Positions 5,386-13,726 of a stretch of 20,416 nt of DNA are shown one piece after another. The translations under genes and the position numbers were made by a program. The stretch is from a virus, in IMG/VR virus record IMGVR_UViG_3300026250_000243. One strand, written 5' to 3'. The notes beneath the pieces are model-generated. The model was not told where the DNA came from, did no database searches, and saw nothing but the letters and a program-made list of their open reading frames with translations. The number at the start of each line of letters is the position of its first letter. Positions within the stretch are counted from its first letter, which is position 1.

Positions 5386-8253
5386 ATGGCACGTGCAGAA
5401 AAAGGCTCAAAAAAAACCGTTGATCAGTACGATCATAAGGACAAGACCCGGCTCAACAACCCGCCAGTCGGCCTTGTTACTCCAGAGACCGATATCCAAG
5501 AAGAGACGAAGACCTATAACTACGACCCTCATATCGATCCATCCCTCCAGTTTGATCCCCGCCGCTCCCAGATAGAGAAGATCATCGAAGATGGCCTTGG
5601 CGCCGAAAGCCTGGAGGGAGCAAAGGCCTCTCTGGCAAAGCTGGAGAAGCTCCAGACTCCCTATCTCAATTGGGCCGGAAAGGCAGAGCATACCACCTTC
5701 GAAGTCCCCACCGTCTCCCTCCACGTCCACGAAAGGATCGATCCTAAGACTATAATCCGAGCCGTCCGGAAGGGGAACGGGGAGGAGGGGCAAAAGTCCC
5801 TCTTCGACTTCTCGGGGGAGAATCCGCCCCTTCGAGAGGCGATCGAATTCTATAAGCATAAGCATAACTGGTCCAACCGCCTCATCGCTGGCGACTCCCT
5901 CTTGGTGATGAACTCCCTCATCGAGAAGGAGGGGATGGCCGGCCAGGTCCAGATGATCTACATCGATCCACCTTACGGCATCAGGTACGGTTCGAATTTT
6001 CAACCCTTCGTCAACAAGAGGGACGTGAAGGACGGCAAAGACGAGGACCTCACCCAGGAGCCCGAGATGATCAAGGCCTTCCGGGACACCTGGGAGCTGG
6101 GGATTCATTCCTATCTTACCTATCTTCGGGACCGGCTCCTTTTGGCGCGGGAGCTGTTGAGCGACAGCGGAAGCATTTTCGTGCAGATTTCGGATGAAAA
6201 CTTGCATCACGTTCGGGAGCTGATGGATGAGGTATTTGGAGTAATAAATTTTGTAAGTTTGATTGCTTACTCAACAACGAGCGGACTAACTTCGAACACA
6301 CTCAGCCGTGCAGGAGATTATTTGCTCTGGTATTGCAAGGATAAAATAAAGATTAAATACCGACAACTTTTCAATGAAAAACTTGACCCACTTGAAGACC
6401 CTAAATCAAGATACGATCAATTAGAAATGACTGACGGAAGCCGCCACGCACTAACTTTAAAGGAAAAAGCCACGCGACTTCATCTTCCTTCAGGTGCAAG
6501 AGTGTTTTCACTCAGTGGAATTGATAGTCAAGGAAGTGCTGGTATCGTCACACCTTTTGAGTACGAAGGTGTAGTCTTTGAACCCCCCACAGGCCGTCAC
6601 TGGACCGCCAATTATCCCGAAGGAATGGAACGGCTAAAAGTGGCAAAAAGGCTAGCTGTAATGGGCAAAAGATTAAGGTACGTCAGGTATTTTTCTGATT
6701 TTCCATTTCAGCCTATTCACAATATCTGGCTGGATATTGCTGGAAGCGTGCAGAGTCGGTCTGATCCTAAAGTATATGCTGTTCAAACCGGCACACCTAT
6801 AGTAGCCCGTTGCCTCCTCATGACCACCGATCCTGGTGATATAGTCCTAGATCCCACTTGTGGCTCAGGGACAATAGCCTATGTGGGGGAAGAATGGGGT
6901 CGTCGTTGGATTACATGTGACACCTCTCGCGTGGCTATAGCCCTGGCTAAGCAACGTCTAATGACTGCACTCTTCGATTATTACGAGCTGGCTTACCCCG
7001 ATCAGGGCGTAAGCTCTGGCTTCAATTACAAGACCGTCCCCCACATCACCCTAAAGTCGATCGCCCATAACCAGGAGATCGACGCCATCTACGAAAGGGT
7101 CCACCCCAAGATCGAGGAGTCTCTCGCAGAATTGAACCGAATCACAGGCTTGTCGATGGAGGAGTGGGAGGTCCCGAGAGACTGGGATAAGTCCTGGTTG
7201 CAAGATGCCAAATATCATTTCGACCAGTTCTGGCGGCTGAAGAGAGAGATGCAGGAGGCGATGGACGCATCGATCCAGAAGAACGCCCCCCAGGAGACCC
7301 TCTACGACCAGCCCTTTGTGGACTCATCAAAGGTTCGGGTCACTGGTCCCTTCACAGTTGAGGCCGTCCCCGCCCCGGTGGTCAAGCCCCTCGCCGAGAT
7401 CGAGGCCCCGAAAGGAGAGGCAGACGAGTCGATAGCCCGCTCTGGCGAGACCCTCCGCCAGTCAGAATGGAGGGAAGAGCTTCTCAAGACCGGCATAAGG
7501 GGCAAAGGAGGCCAGAAGTTCCAGTTCTCCAGGGTGGAGCCTCTCCTGGGGGCTCGCTGGCTCCATGCGGATGCCGAGACGAAGAACGGCGACGGTCCCC
7601 AGAGGGCGGTCATATCCTTCGGGCCGGAGCACGCCCCCTTGGACCAGACTCAGGTGGCCCGAGCCGTAGAGGATGCTCAGAAGCTCGTCCCTAAACCCAA
7701 GATCGTCGTCTTTGCCGCCTTCCAGTTCGATCCCGAGGCCTCCAAGGATATCGACGAGATGAACTGGCCGGGGGTGACTCTCCTCAAAGCCCAGATGAAC
7801 GGCGACCTTCTCACCGAGGACCTGAAGAAGAAACGGGCCAGCAACGAGAGCTTCTGGCTCATCGGCCAGCCCGACGTCAAGCTGGAGAGGATCGAGGAAG
7901 GCGACGACCTCGGCAAGTACTACGTCGAGGTTCTGGGGTTCGACTACTACAACACCAGGACCGGAAACGTGGAGTCGGGGGGCGTCGGAAACATCGCCCT
8001 CTGGATGCTGGACCCGGACTATGATGGGAGGAGCCTCTATCCCAGGCAGGTATTCTTCCCCATGGCCGGCTCCAAGGACGGATGGGCAAAGCTCGCCAGG
8101 AACCTCAAAGCCGAGATCGACGAAGAAAAGATCGAAGCTTATCGAGGGACCCGTTCTCTCCCCTTCAAACTTGGCGATAACAAGAGGGCAGCCGTTAAGA
8201 TCGTGGACGACCGGGGGATAGAGAGCCTGAAGATCCTGGAGGCAGATCAGTGA
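5386..8253 (+). CDS. mod: Type III R-M modification subunit (beta-class amino-methyltransferase)
   Basis: Motif IV IYIDPPYG precedes the TRD, which precedes motif I DPTCGSGT; stop overlaps the res start (GTGA); ATG5386 preferred. Confidence 0.93.
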   Translation: MARAEKGSKKTVDQYDHKDKTRLNNPPVGLVTPETDIQEETKTYNYDPHIDPSLQFDPRRSQIEKIIEDGLGAESLEGAKASLAKLEKLQTPYLNWAGKAEHTTFEVPTVSLHVHERIDPKTIIRAVRKGNGEEGQKSLFDFSGENPPLREAIEFYKHKHNWSNRLIAGDSLLVMNSLIEKEGMAGQVQMIYIDPPYGIRYGSNFQPFVNKRDVKDGKDEDLTQEPEMIKAFRDTWELGIHSYLTYLRDRLLLARELLSDSGSIFVQISDENLHHVRELMDEVFGVINFVSLIAYSTTSGLTSNTLSRAGDYLLWYCKDKIKIKYRQLFNEKLDPLEDPKSRYDQLEMTDGSRHALTLKEKATRLHLPSGARVFSLSGIDSQGSAGIVTPFEYEGVVFEPPTGRHWTANYPEGMERLKVAKRLAVMGKRLRYVRYFSDFPFQPIHNIWLDIAGSVQSRSDPKVYAVQTGTPIVARCLLMTTDPGDIVLDPTCGSGTIAYVGEEWGRRWITCDTSRVAIALAKQRLMTALFDYYELAYPDQGVSSGFNYKTVPHITLKSIAHNQEIDAIYERVHPKIEESLAELNRITGLSMEEWEVPRDWDKSWLQDAKYHFDQFWRLKREMQEAMDASIQKNAPQETLYDQPFVDSSKVRVTGPFTVEAVPAPVVKPLAEIEAPKGEADESIARSGETLRQSEWREELLKTGIRGKGGQKFQFSRVEPLLGARWLHADAETKNGDGPQRAVISFGPEHAPLDQTQVARAVEDAQKLVPKPKIVVFAAFQFDPEASKDIDEMNWPGVTLLKAQMNGDLLTEDLKKKRASNESFWLIGQPDVKLERIEEGDDLGKYYVEVLGFDYYNTRTGNVESGGVGNIALWMLDPDYDGRSLYPRQVFFPMAGSKDGWAKLARNLKAEIDEEKIEAYRGTRSLPFKLGDNKRAAVKIVDDRGIESLKILEADQ

Positions 8254-11093
8254 AACGAACCCAAATAGACACCCTGATAATCAACTCTCCCTACGAAAAG
8301 CCTTCAGAGTTTTGGAAGTACGACCCCAAGACCAGGCTCTTCGAGAGAGTGGCTGGGAGAAGGCCCGCGGGTTACGTCATCGCCTCCGGCCGGTCCGGAT
8401 CTTATGACGACTCGGGCTTGATCGTAGAGATCCCCCTCGTCAACAAGATCAGGGAGCGGGTGGACTCCTGGAGGGAGAAAGGCTATCCGGGCGTTACGGG
8501 GATCACTCGGCGCCTCCTGGAGCACTGGAACGACCCTCAGCAGAGAAACCTTCGATTCTTCTTCTGTCAACTGGAGGCGATCGAGACCCTGATATGGCTC
8601 ACCGAGGCCCCTGATGCCGAGAAGGTCGGTATCGAGATCCCCTCAGATGGCGGCTCTTGGAGGCGGCTATGCTCCAAGATGGCGACGGGATCGGGAAAGA
8701 CCATCGTTATGGCGATGCTCATAGCCTGGCAAGCTTTAAACAAGACCGCCTACCCCCAGGATGCCCGTTTCTCTAAATACTTCCTGGTGGTGGCGCCTGG
8801 CTTGACCGTAAGGAGCAGGCTCCAAGTCCTGATCCCATCAGCACCAGGCAATTACTACGACGTCTTCGGAGTGGTTCCCACAGGCTTGCGAGAGAAGCTC
8901 AATCAGGGCAAAGTCAAAGTTGTCAACTGGCACGCCCTCAACTGGGAGACCCCTGAGCAGATCGCCAAGAAGAAGGGCGTAGATAAGCGGGGGGCCAAAA
9001 GCGATGAGGCCTATGTCCGGGAGGTTCTGGGCGATATGGCTCAAATCAGGAACCTGGTGGTGATAAACGATGAGGCTCATCACGCCTGGAGAGTTCCCGC
9101 CGAGTCCAAAATAAAGGGGTTCACGAAGGAGGAGATCGAGGAGGCGACCAAGTGGGTGGGGGGACTGGACAGAATTCACCGAACCCGAAACATCCAGGCA
9201 TGTTACGACTTTTCGGCTACACCTTTCGCCCCCACGGGAAAGACCAGCTCCGAGGCAGCTCTATTCCCCTGGATAATCAGCGACTTCGGGCTCAACGACG
9301 CCATCGAATCGGGTCTCGTCAAGACCCCCAGGATGGTGATAAGGGATGATGCCCTACCAGACTCCAAGACGTACAAATCTAAGCTCTATCATATCTACAA
9401 CGATCCCGACGTTAGAGAGGACCTCAGCAGGAGGGCAGAGGAGCACGACCCCCTCCCAAAGCTGGTGACGAACGCTTACTATCTGCTGGGCACCGACTGG
9501 CTCGCCTGGGCAAAAAGGTGGGAAGAGGAGGGCTCGGACGTTCCGCCGGTGATGATAACCGTCACCAATAAGACTGAGACCGCGGCACGCATCAAATACG
9601 CCTTCGACCATAACAAGTTCCTGATCGAAGAGCTATGTGATCCGGCCAAAACCCTTCACATCGATTCCAAGGTTATGAAGGAGGCCGAGTCTCAGGAAGA
9701 TCTTTCGGGAAATGTCCTCGACCTCTTCGACGACGAAGACACCGACCGGAACCTCTCCAAGAAGGATCAAGCTCAACTGCTCCGCATCCTGGTAGATACC
9801 GTTGGTAAAAAGGGAAAACCAGGCGAGAAGATTCAAAACGTCATCTCGGTGGGGATGCTCTCGGAAGGTTGGGATACCAAGACGGTAACTCATATTATGG
9901 GACTTAGAGCCTTCTCCAGCCAGCTCCTTTGTGAGCAGGTGGTAGGTCGAGGCCTGAGACGAATCTCCTATGAGATAAACGAGGATGGGAAGTTCGATCC
10001 TGAGTACGTCAACATATTCGGAGTTCCCTTTGCTTTCCTGCCTCATGAGTCGAAGGAAGGTATCCCTGGTCCCCAGCCGAAGCCCAAGACCCAAATTGAG
10101 CCAGATCCGGAGAAGGTGGAATTTGAGATCAAGTGGCCTAACTTGATAAGGATCGAGCACCAATACAAACCGCATCTCACGCTGAAATGGGACGAGATTT
10201 CTCCTCTCACCTTGGACATTAGCGACACCATCACCAAAGCCGAGCTGGCGAGAATCATCGGGGGCAATGCAGACCTCACCAACATCTCTGAGATCGATTT
10301 GAGGGCTTTAGCTGAGAAGTTCAGGATGCAGAGGATCGTATTCGAGACCGCAAGAGACGTTTACGACCAGATGAAGCCCGACGACTGGAAAGGAGACAAG
10401 TTCGAGCTTCTGGCTCAGGTGGTCCACCTAGTAGAGGAATTTTTGGCTTCGGACAAGATCAGGATAAACCCGCCAAACTGGTGCGATGATCTTCAACGGC
10501 GCATCCTATTAACCTCCAACATGGGGAGGGTGGTCCAGCACATCTGGCAATCCATCTATTTTCAGAATACCGAATCTATGGCGCTAGTCACTGATAAAGA
10601 GAAACCCATCAGATCGACTGGGGATATGGGGACCTGGTATACCGGCAAACCTTGTGAACGGGCCGCAAAATCGCATATTAACTTCTGCGTCCTGGACAGC
10701 ACTTGGGAGGCGTGCGAAGCCTTCGAGCTTGACCACAACCCCCACGTGAAAGCCTGGGCAAAAAACGACCATTTGGGGTTCGACATCTACTACATCTTCG
10801 AGGGTAAGACCCATCGGTATTTGCCTGATTTCATCATAAAGCTCGACGCAGATCCGGAGGGCCAGAACGAGGATCAGGAGTCGGCCCCTTCAGGGTATTA
10901 TCTTGTCCTTGAAACGAAGGGACGAGACACCCAAAAGGACAAGATCAAGCGGGACTTCTTGGACGAGTGGGTGAGGGCGGTCAATGAAGATGGTGGGTTT
11001 GGCTATTGGCAATGGGCCGTTTCCCGAGATCCGGCTGATGTTCGAGGAATCATCGGGGACGCGGTATCAAAAGTGGAAAGTAAAAGGTCATGA
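8250..11093 (+). CDS. res: Type III R-M restriction subunit (SF2 helicase-like ATPase plus PD-(D/E)xK nuclease)
   Basis: KMATGSGKT (Walker A), INDEAHH (DEAH), SATP, LSEGWD, QVVGRGLRR; C-terminal YLPDFII...VLETKG. Confidence 0.93.
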   Translation: MKRTQIDTLIINSPYEKPSEFWKYDPKTRLFERVAGRRPAGYVIASGRSGSYDDSGLIVEIPLVNKIRERVDSWREKGYPGVTGITRRLLEHWNDPQQRNLRFFFCQLEAIETLIWLTEAPDAEKVGIEIPSDGGSWRRLCSKMATGSGKTIVMAMLIAWQALNKTAYPQDARFSKYFLVVAPGLTVRSRLQVLIPSAPGNYYDVFGVVPTGLREKLNQGKVKVVNWHALNWETPEQIAKKKGVDKRGAKSDEAYVREVLGDMAQIRNLVVINDEAHHAWRVPAESKIKGFTKEEIEEATKWVGGLDRIHRTRNIQACYDFSATPFAPTGKTSSEAALFPWIISDFGLNDAIESGLVKTPRMVIRDDALPDSKTYKSKLYHIYNDPDVREDLSRRAEEHDPLPKLVTNAYYLLGTDWLAWAKRWEEEGSDVPPVMITVTNKTETAARIKYAFDHNKFLIEELCDPAKTLHIDSKVMKEAESQEDLSGNVLDLFDDEDTDRNLSKKDQAQLLRILVDTVGKKGKPGEKIQNVISVGMLSEGWDTKTVTHIMGLRAFSSQLLCEQVVGRGLRRISYEINEDGKFDPEYVNIFGVPFAFLPHESKEGIPGPQPKPKTQIEPDPEKVEFEIKWPNLIRIEHQYKPHLTLKWDEISPLTLDISDTITKAELARIIGGNADLTNISEIDLRALAEKFRMQRIVFETARDVYDQMKPDDWKGDKFELLAQVVHLVEEFLASDKIRINPPNWCDDLQRRILLTSNMGRVVQHIWQSIYFQNTESMALVTDKEKPIRSTGDMGTWYTGKPCERAAKSHINFCVLDSTWEACEAFELDHNPHVKAWAKNDHLGFDIYYIFEGKTHRYLPDFIIKLDADPEGQNEDQESAPSGYYLVLETKGRDTQKDKIKRDFLDEWVRAVNEDGGFGYWQWAVSRDPADVRGIIGDAVSKVESKRS

Positions 11094-11150
11094 AATAAGA
11101 GACGGCGGCGACGGAAGCGTTGGAGAAGATCCGGGCGGGGCGGTGATGAT

Positions 11151-11663
11151 ATGACGGATGTCTCATTAAAAGCGACTGCCTACCATGAGGCGGGCCATGC
11201 TGTCGTATCTTTCGTTTTAGGGCGGAGGTTCAAGCGGGTTAGCATCGAGCCGATGGACGACGCGGCCGGGTATGTCGAATACTACGATGACCGGATCATC
11301 AGGAAGATCTTGGCGGGTGCGTGTGTGGTTCCCTGGTTGATAGAGCATCCAGACGAGGAGACCAGGATCGTAAATCGTTCCATCAGTTCCGCAATGGCTG
11401 GCTACATGGCTCAAGAGATAGGGGTCCCTGGGAGCGTCACATCTGAGCAATGGGATAGTGATCGAGAACTCATTATAGACATTCTTGTTAGTTGGGACCC
11501 TGATAATGGATGGGATGAAGCTAGACGAGAGGTTGGGACTTTATTATCGAGTAATTGGCATCTAGTGGCGCTTCTGGCGGAGGCCTTGTTATCGAGGAGA
11601 ACGTTGACCGGGAAAGAGGCGAGGGCGATCCTGGTGGGCGAGCCGAGGGCGGGGCGGTTATGA
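11151..11663 (+). CDS. Stand-alone HEXXH zinc-metallopeptidase-like protein (peptidase M41-like domain)
   Basis: TAYHEAGHAVV, ISSAMAGYMAQE and LAEALLSRRTLTGKE resemble the FtsH protease domain; no AAA or transmembrane part. Confidence 0.75.
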   Translation: MTDVSLKATAYHEAGHAVVSFVLGRRFKRVSIEPMDDAAGYVEYYDDRIIRKILAGACVVPWLIEHPDEETRIVNRSISSAMAGYMAQEIGVPGSVTSEQWDSDRELIIDILVSWDPDNGWDEARREVGTLLSSNWHLVALLAEALLSRRTLTGKEARAILVGEPRAGRL

Positions 11664-11664
11664 A

Positions 11665-12135
11665 ATGAAGGCGATTCATAGGCCTTTCGTGTATCTGGAT
11701 TGCCCCTTTACGGGTGATAAAGTCGGGGTTGATAAGTCGATTGCCCCTTTGATCGATCTGATATGGAAGGCGGGAATTGAGACGACGGATAGCTGTATTC
11801 GTCACAGTCATTTCAGGAAGCGTCCGGGGTTCCGATTTGAATGTATTCCCCGAACTTGGATAGCATTTCGAAGTAGTGAGGATGCAGAGCGGTTTATGAA
11901 AATCGTTATGTCCCGACTTGATCCCGACGACGAGATGTATAAGAGGATCAACGGCGATCTAGGGCTTGATTTTGAGCCTGAATACCCTTACCACCAGGGG
12001 CGACACTGGATATATGACGTGTCCCATACTGGGATTTATCAGGGCGACGTTCCAAGGTTCGGGGTATCGGTGTGGTTCCCTCTGGCTGACTTCCCGCGGG
12101 TCCTGGAGCTATTCAAGGCGGGGGTGGTGGGGTAG
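11665..12135 (+). CDS. Hypothetical protein with a TYW3-like N-terminal motif
   Basis: ATG 1 nt after the peptidase stop; VDKSIAPLIDLIWKAGIETTDSC resembles the D-x-x-I-x-x-L...T-T-x-S-C motif. The ORF is likely real; the function is speculative. Confidence 0.65.
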   Translation: MKAIHRPFVYLDCPFTGDKVGVDKSIAPLIDLIWKAGIETTDSCIRHSHFRKRPGFRFECIPRTWIAFRSSEDAERFMKIVMSRLDPDDEMYKRINGDLGLDFEPEYPYHQGRHWIYDVSHTGIYQGDVPRFGVSVWFPLADFPRVLELFKAGVVG

Positions 12136-12152
12136 ATCCTCCCCCTCCCCCA

Positions 12153-12168
12153 TTTCTCTTTTTTTATT
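12153..12168 (+). terminator. Oligo-T archaeal-type terminator candidate
   Basis: TTTCTCTTTTTTTATT just after the stop of 11665-12135. Confidence 0.4.
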
Positions 12169-12321
12169 CGACCTCGTTATTCAATTCTCTACGTGCGTTT
12201 TGTGGGTATCTCGCCCTGGAGGTCCTTAGCCATCGACCGGGCCAGTGATCCTCGCCAGGCGTGGCGATGGAGAGGCCGTCCCGGTGGACGGGGCGATCTT
12301 CTCCCCCTCCCCTCCCCAGTG

Positions 12322-12367
12322 GTTCTATGATATCTCACATGCTATTCCTAATAATATCATAGAACTA
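12322..12367. repeat. Inverted-repeat box 1: GTTCTATGATAT-N20-ATATCATAGAAC
   Basis: Perfect 12-bp inverted repeat (12322-12333 / 12354-12365); the same arms recur at 18714-18758. Confidence 0.8.
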
Positions 12368-12521
12368 TACCAGGTGAAAGGGTCCGGGCTCTCCACCCCC
12401 TCCGGCGGCGGTGGAGATGGGGTGGATATAATAGAAATCGATGTATCGAATGGGGGGCGATAGAGAATCGGGCTTTGTCTAATTTTGTCACTTTGTCAAA
12501 TCGGGGAGGAGATGGAGGGCG

Positions 12522-13217
12522 TCACTCCGCCGAAGGCGCAGGGGTCTCCTCTTTCCCGAACTGTAGCTCTTTGATTGATCGGAGGATTTCTGATACCTTA
12601 TCCAATAACTCTAAATCCTTAGATGTCCACTTGGGAAATTCCATCCCTCTCTCTCTTAGATCCACTGAGTAGCCCATCATCACGGCGGGATCGTAATCCT
12701 GAGTTGCATAATATTTTTTCTCAAGTGTTTCCCATTCACCAGATGCTTTATCGAATGCAATTATTCTATCTCCGGTCCGGTGTTTTCTGAGGGCTAATGC
12801 GTGCTCTCCCATAATCAAGCTCTGCTTAATGTCCCTCGCGGTTGCAGGTCTTGGATCTTTTGCGGCTATAGGGAACCCACGCTCATCAAAACCGGCCCGT
12901 GTCACCACCCACGCTCTCGGATCGTCTTCAGACCATTCGATTCCATAATATCCCAAGACATCCATGAGTTTCTCTGATAACTTGAAAAGTACGATCACAT
13001 GTTCATCTTTTAGCGACGGGGCGACGTTCCACCACTGATCAGAGGGCATGTGCTTCAGGATTAGGGATATATCTTCAAGACTATCCAACCAGGCAGTCAG
13101 TTTCTTTTTCACCCGCACATCGTTGGTATTGCGGGTATGCGGATCTAATGAGTTCCTCGTCTCTAGCCGTTCACGCTCTAAGTCGCTCAAGAGTCTATTT
13201 CGTTTCACGCTTGGCAT
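12522..13217 (-). CDS. Hypothetical protein, divergent from the replication operon (possible regulator)
   Basis: Long ORF with plausible composition; ATG13217 lies ~24 nt downstream of a TTAAATA box, consistent with a leaderless mRNA; helical N-terminus LLSDLERERL...DVRVKKKL...LEDISLIL. Confidence 0.7.
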   Translation of the reverse strand: MPSVKRNRLLSDLERERLETRNSLDPHTRNTNDVRVKKKLTAWLDSLEDISLILKHMPSDQWWNVAPSLKDEHVIVLFKLSEKLMDVLGYYGIEWSEDDPRAWVVTRAGFDERGFPIAAKDPRPATARDIKQSLIMGEHALALRKHRTGDRIIAFDKASGEWETLEKKYYATQDYDPAVMMGYSVDLRERGMEFPKWTSKDLELLDKVSEILRSIKELQFGKEETPAPSAE

Positions 13218-13239
13218 AACTCTTATAGTGGGGGATAAT

Positions 13240-13251
13240 CTATTTAAGCTT
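13240..13251 (-). promoter_or_regulatory. BRE/TATA-like promoter (AAGCTTAAATAG) for 12522-13217
   Basis: Identical to the 12-mer at 142-153 and correctly spaced for ATG13217. Confidence 0.55.
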
Positions 13252-13296
13252 AGCGATCGAATTGACTCCATATATTTAAGATAGGTGACTCTTACT

Positions 13297-13479
13297 ATGA
13301 GAGTAAAAAGAAAGCGATCCGAGAGGCTAATGGATGCAGTGAGCTTCAGAGTGTCACCATCGCAGCGTGCGTTTCTGGAAAAGATCGCCGAAGAGAAGAA
13401 GGTCGGACTTTGTGAAGCTGCACGCTCAATACTTGATGAAGCGATGGAGAAGCGCGAAAAATTGAGGGGCGAAGTGTGA
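13297..13479 (+). CDS. Small ribbon-helix-helix (CopG-like) DNA-binding protein
   Basis: AVSFRVSPSQRAFLEKIAEEKKVGLCEAARSILDEAM fits an RHH pattern; SD AGGTGA at 13283-13288. Confidence 0.82.
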   Translation: MRVKRKRSERLMDAVSFRVSPSQRAFLEKIAEEKKVGLCEAARSILDEAMEKREKLRGEV

Positions 13480-13480
13480 A

Positions 13481-13708
13481 ATGACCGCTAAAACGCACCA
13501 AATCTTATCCCCATGGATGGAGGCAATCGGCTTATTTCGAGAACTCGTCTCCGATGGTGGAGGGCTACTCGCCGATATAGGGCCGGTGAGAGTATATCTC
13601 CCTCTGGAACTTGAAGCCGAACTTCGCCCAAACATCGGCAAAAAAATCGGAATTATTCGCACCGATGATCCGACCAGGCCATACCGATTCCGACTGATCG
13701 GTGGGTGA
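13481..13708 (+). CDS. Small beta-rich hypothetical protein (75 aa)
   Basis: Starts 1 nt after the RHH stop and ends 18 nt before the primase gene; alternating hydrophobic beta-strand pattern. Confidence 0.7.
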   Translation: MTAKTHQILSPWMEAIGLFRELVSDGGGLLADIGPVRVYLPLELEAELRPNIGKKIGIIRTDDPTRPYRFRLIGG

Positions 13709-13726
13709 CACCAGAGGGCCTGCGAG

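Noticed and set aside
5409-5416. A8 tract near the mod 5' end as a phase-variation switch
   Set aside because: Short, in frame, and simply encodes Ser-Lys-Lys-Thr; read-level length variation would be needed to support it.
5407-6210. 267-aa minus-strand ORF and similar antisense ORFs (2963-3472, 9633-10175, 13565-14074)
   Set aside because: Shadows of well-supported opposite-strand genes in GC-rich DNA, with no motifs.
12245-12672. Short plus-strand ORFs 12245-12463 and 12475-12672
   Set aside because: No SD or motif; they overlap repeat box 1 or the antisense gene.
142-13251. 12-bp AAGCTTAAATAG repeat as a recombination site
   Set aside because: Both copies sit at promoter distance from genes and match BRE-TATA, so a promoter is the simpler explanation.
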